From Octopus vulgaris (Eukaryota), in NCBI GenBank assembly GCA_951406725.2, contig OX597833.1, forward strand, positions 620,001 to 684,000: a DNA stretch of 64,000 nt, read 5' to 3'. Below the pieces are notes generated by a model, which ran no database searches, was not told the origin of the DNA, and saw only the letters and a program-made list of their open reading frames with translations. Each line of letters opens with the position of its first letter. Position 1 is the first letter of the stretch. This document shows, in pieces, positions 53,210 through 64,000 of this stretch. The position numbers and the translations under genes are program-made.

Positions 53210-54097
53210 CGTAGGAGTGGCTGTGTGGTAGTAGCTTGCTAACGAACCACATGGTTCCGGGTTCAGTCCCACTACGTGGCACCTTGGGCAAGTGCCTTCT
53301 ACTATAGCCTCGAGCCGACCAAAGCCTTGTGAGTGGATTTGGTAGACGGAAACTGAAAGAAGCCCTGTCGTATATAGGTATATATATCTATATGTTTGTC
53401 CCCCCCCCCCCCCCAACATCGCTTGACAACCAATGCTGGTGTGTTTGCGTCCCCGTAACCTAGTGGTTCGGCAAAAGAGACCGATAGAATAAGTACTAGG
53501 CTTACAAAGAATAAGTCCTGGGGTCGACTAAAGGCGGTGCTCCAGCATGGCCGCAGTCAACTAACTGAAACAAGTAAAAGAGTATATATATATGCACATA
53601 AAGGTCCCTTGGTCAATGGTATCACCTTTTCCCCCAACACCCAAGTTTCAGGCTTTGTGTTTATGCTAGAAAGTATTAATAATGGGTGTCAAATTCTCGC
53701 ACGATGGCAACAAGTTCGGGGAAGAGGATGAGTCGATTGTATCGACCCCAGTGCGTAACTGGTACTTATTTGGTCGAACCCGAAAGGACGAAAGGTAAAG
53801 TCGACCTCGGCGGGGTTTGAACTCGGAACGTAAAGACGGAAGAAATACCTATTTCTTTACTACCCACAAGGGGCTAAACACAGAGAGGACAAACACGGAC
53901 AGACAAACGGATTATCTCGATTATATCAACCCCAGTGTGTAACTTGTACTTATTTAATCGACCCCGAAAGGATGAAAAGCAAAGTCGACCTCAGCGGAAT
54001 TTGAACCCAGAACGTAGCGGCAGACGAAATACGGCAACGCATTTTGCACGGTGCGCTACCGATTCTGTAATCCCGTCGCCTTAGAAGCTAAAACAGT

Positions 54098-54415
54098 GAG
54101 GGCGCGTGGCTTGGTGGTTAGGGCATTCGGCTCATGATCGTAAGGTTGTGAGTTCGATTCCCGGCGACGCGTTGTGTCCTTGAGCAAGACACTTTATTTC
54201 ACGTTGCTCCAGTCCACTCAGCTGGCAAAAATGAGTTGTACTTGTATTTCAAAGGGTCAGCCTTGTCACTCTCTGTGTCACGCTGATTATCCCCGAGAAC
54301 TACGTTAAGGGTACACGTGGCTGTGGAATGCTCAGCCATTTGCACGTTAATTTCACGAGCAAGCTGTTCCGTTGATCGTATCAGCTGGGACCCTCGTCGT
54401 CGTAACCGGCGGAGT
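54098..54415 (+). mobile_element. tRNA-derived SINE family C. Related heads or tails at ~1980-2200, 46020-46320 and 63395-63692(-)
   Basis: GCGCGTGGCTTGGTGGTTAGGGC...GAGTTCGATTCCC (A/B boxes), GTGTCCTTGAGCAAGACAC block, shared tail GTCACGCTGA..GAGAACTACGTTAAGGGTACACG. Confidence 0.7.
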
Positions 54416-55353
54416 CTTTTTTTTAAGAAGCTAAAAGAAATATGGTATTTATCTGGATACGGGACTACCAGACAGCCATGAAGCTGAGTACTGTGGGCCC
54501 GGTTGCTGTGTGGTTAAGAAAGTCACTTTGTAACCGCGCGGTTTCGAGTTCAGTTTCTCTACGTAACAAGTTGAATACGTAAGTGTCTTTGAGTAAAATT
54601 CGTTGACGGAAACTGCCCGGAAGCCCATCACACACACACAGAGTGCATCAGCTATTTGAGATCAAAGTTTTTATTTCAGGATAACAAAAACATTTATTAG
54701 AAAAACCAACATATTTTAATAGAATGTGCTAGACATGTTCTTAAATACGCATAACAAGAGGCTATTCAATGAGATTGCCATTCGTCTCGATGCAGTTTCT
54801 GAAACGACTAAATGCATCGATCAGGTGACAACCGGTGTTGGTCTGCTTACATCCCCGAAACTCAACGGTTCGGCAAAATGTTCGATAGAATAAGCACCAG
54901 ACTTTAAAATATGTACTGGGGACGTGTTGTTCGACTGCGGCCCCGTTCAGGTGGTGCTCCAGCATGGTCGCAGTCCTTTGACTGATACAAAAGGTGAAAG
55001 TTATATAATTAACGGGCATGGTTGCGTGGTAAGAAGCTTTCTTCCTAACCACATAGATCTCGGGTTCAGTCCCACTGCGTGGCACCTTGGGCAAGTGCCT
55101 TCTACTATAGCCTCAGGCTGAGCAAAACCTTGCGAGTGGATTTGGTAGACGGAAACTGAAAGAAGCCCGTCGTGTATGTGCGTGTGTATCTTATATTGTT
55201 TTACTTGTTTAGTCGAAGAAATTGACCCCAGGACTTATTCTTTGTAAGCCTTGTACTTATTCTGTTGGTCTCTTTTGCCGAACCGCTAAGTTACGGGGAC
55301 GTAAACACGCCAACATCAGTTGTCAAGCGATGTTGGGGGACAAAGACACACAA

Positions 55354-55388
<35 letters not shown>

Positions 55389-55968
55389 GGGAACAAACAT
55401 GGATATATGATGGGCTTCTTTCAGTTTCCCTCTACCAAATCCACTCCCAAGGCTTTGCTAAGCGATGGTGGGAACACAAACACAAACACAAAAACACACA
55501 CACATAAATGGCGGTGCCCCAGCATGGCCACAGCTCGTGAGCTGAAACTAGATAAAATAAAATAAAATAAAAATAGACATCGTATTCATAAATATATATG
55601 ACGGGCTTCTTTCAGTTTCCGTCTACCAACTTCAGTCACAAGGCTTTGGTTAACCTGACGCTATAGTAGAAGGTGCCACGTAGTGGGACTGAACTCGGAA
55701 CAACGTAGTTGAGAAGAAAACTTCTTACCACGAAGCCGAACATGCCAATAATAAAAAGAAAGGTGAGAGATGTAAACAGAACTACATACTTGTCTCCCTT
55801 TGCATTGGTAATCTAAGAGTTATCTACCCTGTTCCATATGCATATGTTATGTACAAGATGGACCCCGTTGATACTTCAGAGTGTAGTCAACCTCTACAAC
55901 ATCGTTATTACATTTTATACTTTAGGAATAATTCCCGCTTCTACAAAACAAATCAAACTAAAAGCATT

Positions 55969-56519
55969 GAATCTTTTCGGTTTGAACGGCAGTTTTTTCT
56001 AGCGGTGTCATATGAAATTGTCACCCATAATTATGACCCTAGTATCGATCTATTGCATTTCAATCTAATTTTAGGGTTAGGGGTGGGAGGAAGGGTGTCT
56101 TTTTTTCTTCACAAATGTAAATAAACCCAATCTGTTTCTTAAACGAGGGACATATTCATACGGCACAAAATGTTTTCACCTCAATAGACGGTCATTGATT
56201 GGTTGAAATTGCCGAAATGCAAGAAAAAAACAGCAAATATCTTACAAACTATAGAATTTTCTCAATAAAGCCAAGAGAAAAAGATGTTTTATAAACACAT
56301 TCTACCAGTATACGAAATTTAAAAGTGTTTAGTTAACTTGGTTAAAATTGCCGAAATGCTCGGATTTTCAGACGAAATATCTTACAAACCATAGAATTTT
56401 CTCAATAAAACCAAGAGAAAAAGATGTTTTATAAACACATTCTACCAGTATACGAAGTTTAAAAGTGTTTAGTTAACTAGAAATTATGTTAAAATCTGCC
56501 GTTCAAACCGAAAAGATCC
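55969..56519. mobile_element. MITE with 24-bp TIRs and an 8-bp TSD (Merlin-like), with an internal ~139-bp duplication
   Basis: G(A/G)ATCTTTTCGGTTTGAACGGCAG TIRs; flanks AAAGCATT / AAAACATT; direct repeat 56199-56337 and 56338-56478. Confidence 0.75.
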
Positions 56520-57565
56520 AAAACATTTTTTCAATGTGAAATGCATCAATACTTTCTTGAGTGTCCATTGCTGTAAGATAAATTCTTTTTTGGTGATAAA
56601 AATTGTTTGTGATAAAGTTTCACTGCTGCTTCATGAATTTCTGTTCCAACATCATCCCTGTTATTAACGCTGGACTGAGAAGCAGAATCGTAGAGATGAT
56701 GACGTCATATACTCTCTTTTACTCTTTTACTCTTTTACTTGTTTCAGTCATTTGACTGCGGCCATGCTGGAACACCGCCTTTAGTCGAGCAAATCTACCT
56801 TGGGACTTATTCTTTGTAAGCCCAGTACTTATTCTATCGGTCTCTTTAGCCGAACCGCTAAGTGACGGGGACGTAAACACACCAGCATCGGTTGCCAAGC
56901 AATGCTAGGGGGACAAACACAAACACACACACAAACACATACACACATATATATATATACATATATACGACAGGCTTCTTTCAGTTTCCGTCAACCAAAT
57001 CCACTCACAAGGCATTGGTCGGCCCGAGGCTATAGCAGAAGACACTTGCCCAAGGTGCCACGCAGTGGGACTGAACCCGGGACCATGTGGTTGGTTAGCA
57101 AGCTACTTACCACACAACCACTCCTGCTGTTGATGACCCTTTTTTTTATCAACAAAGTGGGAGTCTCTTCAGCAATGGGATCGAAGCATGGGATGTAGGT
57201 ATGTATGTATATCGCGGTCGACTTTGCCTTTCATCCTTTCAGGGTCGATATATTAAGTACCAGTTGTGCACTGGGGTCGATCTAATCGACTGGCCTCCTC
57301 CCACCACCCACAAGAAAATATCGGGCCTTGTGCCTAGAGTAGAAAAGAATATATATATGGATATGTAGGTAATCATACAGGTAAGTAGATAAATAGGTAC
57401 ATAGGTAATACGGACAGACAAGCACACACACACACACATACACACACATACACAAACACACGCACACACAAACACGCACACACACACGCACGCACACACA
57501 CACAAACACATGCACACACGCACACATACACAAACACACAAAGAGACGGAAACACATGAACATAT

Positions 57566-57601
<36 letters not shown>

Positions 57602-57830
57602 TAGGATACATAGAGACACAATCCATACATAAGAGACACACGTACTTAGCCACATAAACTCATACACTTAGACACACACAAACACGCACACGGAAGGAGA
57701 CAAAGGTACACACACACACACACGGACACACACACACACACACAAATATGAACACACAAACACATGAATATGCACAATACATATATAGAAATGTACACAC
57801 ACGCATACATATATACATGCATACATACAT

Positions 57831-57872
<42 letters not shown>

Positions 57873-57972
57873 ATGTATGTATTCATATGCACGCATACAA
57901 ATATACATATATATATTCATACGTATGTATTGACATATATACACACATACAAATATATACACATGTATACAC

Positions 57973-58026
<54 letters not shown>

Positions 58027-58145
58027 AATATATACACATACACACACTCACAGGCATATGCATATATACGTGTAAGTGCGTATATGTGCGCACTTACTTA
58101 TATTTCTGTGTATATATATGTATGTGCACACACACACACATACAC

Positions 58146-58180
<35 letters not shown>

Positions 58181-58314
58181 TAAACAGTAAAAATAATTAC
58201 AGACATGGACAAGAACATGAAACGCCACAGAGACGACACAAGAACCACAGGACGGGACATTCTAAGCCCTCAGACATCAGTCAAGAACCAGATCATCTTA
58301 GCAATTTCGGCTGA

Positions 58315-58353
<39 letters not shown>

Positions 58354-58875
58354 CACACATATACACAACACACACACGTACATATACACACATACACACA
58401 AACACGCACAGACATATATATATCTATAATACACACTCACACACATATACATACACGCACATACACAACACATATGTATACGTATAATACACATACACAC
58501 ACAAATTATTCACATATATGTATACAATACCCTTCCTCCACACACACACAAATATTCAGTATACGGGTGGACCTTCGTCCTGACCCTTCAAGGAATTGTC
58601 TCTCTATTGTTGTCCCCCTACGTATGCTCGTCTCAAAATGACAGGTACTTATTTTAGCCCCGACCCCTTTTATAATCCCCTTTCATCGCTGGCATTCCTT
58701 CGTCTCCAATCCTTACTCCCCGCCTCTCGCGTCGTCGCCGTTGAGTTACAGTTTATATATCTATTTATCTCAGAGCTAGGATCACATCTAAACGCCTCCC
58801 GTCATCTCTTCCGCTGTATGTGTTGTGCTATGCTTATTAAGTGGTGGACCCTTCAACCACACAGGTGCTTGGGTA

Positions 58876-59011
<136 letters not shown>

Positions 59012-59484
59012 CATATATATATACACACATACATGCATTAATACATACATACATACATGCATACATAAATACATACATACATATATATATATACATATAT
59101 ATATATACATATAAAAGGTAAAAATGAATTCCTCGCTCTTTCGGAAACATCAATCTTCTGTATTGACCGCTTTCCACCACTTTGATCTGTTTTTTGTATT
59201 GAATACGTATCGCCACCGTGGGCCACTGCATCGAACACTTTGAACATATACTTCAAACTATATATCAACTATACATGAACTATATATCAACTATACATGA
59301 ACTCTAAGATGTCTGACTCCGTTGTGTATTATAAATGAATTTCTTGTGTTTGACGGCATGAGCTGTCTCTTTTTATATATAACTTTTTTGATAAGGTTCA
59401 TTTCAGGAACTGAAACATGTTATAATGTATATATAAAAATTAAAAATTGTATAATACAGCAGGATTTTCGAACTTCATTTTTTA

Positions 59485-59550
<66 letters not shown>

Positions 59551-59560
59551 ATATAATATA

Positions 59561-59599
<39 letters not shown>

Positions 59600-60266
59600 T
59601 ATATACATACATATATGTACATACCTACATATATATATATATATATGTATATACACGCATATATAGGTACAGGACATAAAAGAAAACGTTGAACACAATG
59701 AGAAACGAGAACATAAAAACAAAAAACATAGAAAACGAACTTTTTTCGAACATCGAAAAAAACAAGCAAACAGAGAAACGAGACTTGCAACATAAAGAAC
59801 ATTCCCTTCATCAGTTGTCCTCTGTTTTATCTACTCCGCGTTCCGAAGGTAAGGACAAGACGCGACTCCGTTAAAACAATCCTTCCCGCAAAGCAAATTA
59901 AATATAATTATATATATATATATATACGACAGGCTTCTTTCAGTTTCCGTCTATCAAATCCACTCACAAGGCTATAGTAGGAGACACTTGCCCAAGGTAC
60001 CATATATATATGCATTATGCATGTGTATGTTTGTGTGTATTACTGTGTTTGCTGGTGTGTTTGTGTGTGCGTGCGTGTACTTATCCATATGTCTATTTAT
60101 TTTTGTTAGTGACCAGGTAATGCCTTACAATTGGACAATTGTTTCGGTGTGCCCTCGTTTCCCGTCAAAGTGTGGACTTTAGTGAAAAACGTGAATATGT
60201 TCAAACAATTGTGGAATTGTGGGGCATCACCTGATTATTAAATCAAATGCATACATATACATAAAT

Positions 60267-60325
<59 letters not shown>

Positions 60326-60652
60326 TACATGTACGTATGTATATATATATATATATATATATATAATTATGTATTTATACATATACACACACACACACAC
60401 ACACATATATATGTATGAATGTATGTATGTATGTATGAATGTATGTATATGTATATGCATGTATGTATATATATTTATAAATATGTATGTATCACGTATG
60501 TACCTTTATACATATATATGTGCGTACGTATGTACGTAATTACATACGTACATACATAGATACATACATACACACACACACACATACATACACACACGTA
60601 CACACACACATACTTACATACATACACACACACACACTTACATGCATACATG

Positions 60653-60684
<32 letters not shown>

Positions 60685-61251
60685 CATACATACATACATA
60701 CACACACACTTACATGCATACATACATACACACACACACACACTTACATACATACATAAATACATACATACATATTTGTGTTTGTGTACATGTATGTATG
60801 ATAGACAGAGAAGTGGTGGGAAAAGGAGGAAAAAAGAGAGAAGAGGAAGAGAGGAGAGAGAGAGAAGAAAAGAGAGATAGGAAGAGAGAGAGAGAGAGCT
60901 GCTCTGACTTATTTTCACCTGCGTAGACAGGAGCGACATGAAACGAAGCACCTTGCTTACGGTCACAACGCACGACACCCTGTCCGAGAATCGAAACCAC
61001 GATCTCAGGATGGGGGAGAGCAACATCTTAACCACTAGGCCACGCTCCTTCACACTCCGCAGCCATAATTGGGACCTAATTGGCTGAACACCCTTCTTCC
61101 GTAATTCAGACAATTAAAACATCAACGTTACGTCTGTCTTTTACTGTCTACTTATCTTTCACGTAAATGTCCACTTACTGGCTTTGGAGTGTATACAACT
61201 TGAAATGAACTAATTTTTGAGATTTCGTGAGTAAAAAATAAAAGTAAAATG

Positions 61252-61288
<37 letters not shown>

Positions 61289-61465
61289 GGCGCAGGAGTG
61301 GCTGTGTGGTAAGTAGCTTGCTAACCAACCACATGGTTCCGGGTTCAGTCCCACTGCGTGGCACCTTGGGCAAGTGTCTTCTACTATAGTCCCGGGCCGA
61401 CCAATGCCTTGTGAGTGGATTTGGTAGACGGAAACTGAAAGAAGCCTGTCGTATATATATATATG

Positions 61466-61533
<68 letters not shown>

Positions 61534-61778
61534 GTGTGTGTGTATGTGTGTGTGTGTGTATGTGTTTGTGTGTCTGTGTTTGTCCCCCTAGCATTGCTTG
61601 ACAACCGATGCTGATGTGTTTACGTCCCCGTCACTTAGCGGTTCGGCAAAAAGAGAACCGATAGAATAAGTACTGGGCTTACAAAAGAATAAGTCCCGGT
61701 GTCGATTTGCTCGACTAAAAGGCGGTGCTCCAGCATGGCCGCAGTCAAATGACTGAAACAAGTAAAAGAGTAAAGAGT
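61289..61778 (+). mobile_element. tRNA-derived SINE family A with internal (TA)n/(TG)n microsatellite (full-length example)
   Basis: A-box TGGCTGTGTGG, B-box GGTTCAGTCCC, CCTTGGGCAAGTGTCTT core-like block, tail ...GACTGAAACAAGTAAAAGAG. Other copies at ~9108-9530(-), 9940-10315(-), 16958-17337(+), 19548-19945(-), 26092-27340(+), 28450-28888(-), 40843-41275(-), 49705-50345(-), 50835-51257(-), 52304-52630(+), 53207-53583(+), 56712-57125(-). Confidence 0.88.
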
Positions 61779-62397
61779 ATATAAATAAATAAATAAGTAA
61801 ATAAGTAAACAAACTGTTTTCTTTTTGTTTTATGTTGTTGCTTTTAGTTGTTATAAAATTTTACAATTAATTCTTTATATTTCTGTTTGTTGTTTTCTTC
61901 TATGTTTTCCTCTACACAATGTCTTTTGTATTTCTTCTTGACGTCATTACCGTTAACGTTTTCCTTGTTCTTGAATTGTACCTCTTATTGCTGTACTTGT
62001 TGTTGCATTTATTGTCGTTATTGTATTTGTTATTGCTGTGGTTGCTTCTCGAATTCTTTTCGCTTTTCTTTATTTTTCTTCGACAGTGCAACTATCGTCG
62101 TTGGCGCTTTTGTTTTCTTAACAATTGCTCTTGCTGTTGTTGCTGTCGGCCTGGTTTTCCATTGAATCTAATCTCATTGTTGCTATTGCTAATACTGGTG
62201 TGCCTGTATTTGTTGCTGTTGTTGTTGCAACCGCAATTGTAGTATTTAAACTTTTGAAGGAATATTCTGGTTATTCCACTTACCGTACTTACTCCCACTC
62301 CAACAACACTCAACAATTGTTTGATTTTTTCTACTTGTGTTTAATTGTTTTGTTTTGCATTACATTTTATTGTGTGTTACTGTGCTTTATTGTAATA

Positions 62398-62745
62398 CTA
62401 GCAGTATCGCCCGGCGTTGCTCGGGTTTGTTTCGACCCTTTAGAATTGGAATTTCTGAAAAGTAAAAATTTTGCATTATATAGCTTGTTATTTTCTTTAA
62501 GTGAACATTTTTCTGGTTGAAATACATCGAAAAATGGTGACACAGCAGTCAAAAGTCGTAAAAAAAATAGGGATTTTCATAAAAAAAAGCACCTTTTTGA
62601 TGTAAATTATTTTTGGTGTTAACATTGTCCGATTTGAATTTTTTCTTCTACGGAAGGAAGAGCAAGCCTTCTTCTATCATACTCACAATTTTGGTCAATT
62701 TGCGCCGCAGGGCCTCGGAGGAGATGGTGTTAGTTGAAGGCTACC
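62398..62745 (-). mobile_element. Helitron 3' end, same terminus family, 5'-truncated
   Basis: ACTAGCAGTATCGCCCGGCGTTGCTCGGGTTTGT matches the terminus at 45539. Confidence 0.65.
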
Positions 62746-63070
62746 AAATCATTTTCGGATCTTCAGTAGAGTATATCAAAAAAATATAATTTGCTGAGTC
62801 GAACGCCAACATCCACACGAAGCCGAATAAAGGCGAATGGCACAGCCGATTATATCTGCAGTTACGTTCAAATATCCTCATTCTCGCGCGTTGAAAAAAC
62901 CGGATGTAAATACTACCCCAGTAATTTACTGCCGGTTTGAGAACATATTAATTTATAATTAAAATCACAATAAGGGGGAAAAATTGAATATTAATTAATA
63001 ACATCAATTTAAAACACCAAGTGGCCTAGCGTATAAAGACTGGGATACAGTAAAAATTATTAATACAAGT

Positions 63071-63384
63071 AACGAGAGAGAGTCCACATGTAGTCACTCT
63101 AACGCTAGATATAGATGCACGAAGGGAATCCACCACTAAAGAATTGTTCTCAAGAATTTTAATTATAAAATGATTATGGAAGTAATTGGGATTAACGGTG
63201 AAACAATTAACGGTGAAACAATTGTATAGAGTTAATCTATTTTTTCGTTGTTTTTCATTTGTCCTGCTCGTTTACATTCTTGGCGCGTTGAATTAATTCT
63301 CGAGAATATTTTTTTAGTGGTGGATTCCCTTCGTGCATCTGTATCTAGCGTTAGAGTGACCACATGTGGACTCTCTCTCATTAT
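63071..63384. repeat. ~88-bp inverted repeat with ~135-bp spacer
   Basis: GAGAGAGAGTCCACATGTAGTCACTCTAACGCTAGATATAGATGCACGAAGGGAATCCACCACTAAA, with its reverse complement at 63295-63384. Confidence 0.8.
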
Positions 63385-63690
63385 ATATATATCACAGTGA
63401 CCGACCAGGCTATCAGATGTTGCTACACATCGCTGGTCACAATGCGCCTTGCATTGTTTTAGCCTTCAAATGATGCCACCCCGCTGGCTAAGCGAGCAGG
63501 CCAACAGAAGAAAGATTGAGAGAAAGTTGTGGCGAAAGAGTACAGCAGGGATCGCCACCATCCCCTGCCGGAGCCTCGTGGAGCTTTAGGTGTTTTCGCT
63601 CAATAAACACTCACAACGCCCGGTCTGGAAATCGAAACCGCGATTCTACAACCACGAGTCCGCTGCCCTAACCACTGGGCCATTGCGCCT

Positions 63691-63786
<96 letters not shown>

Positions 63787-63817
63787 CAATAATAATTCTA
63801 TATATATAGCAATAATA

Positions 63818-63870
<53 letters not shown>

Positions 63871-64000
63871 CAAAATTAGAGAATGGAGAAACATACTTAA
63901 ATCAGTAAAACATCAACTATCCGATGATACTCAATCCATACTTTAATACACCATTACATATGAGTAAAGGCAATATATAAAATGAAATGAGATATACAGT

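Noticed and set aside
54098-54170. tRNA gene
   Set aside because: A/B boxes are present, but there is no proper acceptor stem and the sequence runs straight into a repeated SINE body.

Overview
Eukaryotic, AT-rich and saturated with microsatellites and SINEs. The repeat families look like those of an octopus (coleoid cephalopod); this is inferred from repeat style, not from a database search. One protein-coding gene is well supported: a two-exon, stand-alone Maf/YhdE-type nucleoside-triphosphate pyrophosphatase homologous to the ASMTL N-terminal domain (14774-15141 joined to 48132-48459, 231 aa), with a ~33 kb intron. Nearly all other ORFs in the track are microsatellite or repeat artefacts. 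The rest of the window consists of tRNA-derived SINEs, 3' fragments of several RTE-like LINEs, TTAA (piggyBac-like) MITEs, GG..CC MITEs, hAT- and Helitron-like elements and simple repeats. Highlights: four type I hammerhead-ribozyme motifs of the Penelope/retrozyme type; a 28 x 103 bp homogeneous tandem array built from the coding 3' end of an RTE LINE; an out-of-frame uORF overlapping the Maf start; MITE dimers that appear to move as a unit and form a long intronic inverted repeat; and a 21-bp transposon remnant with a perfect 8-bp TSD.
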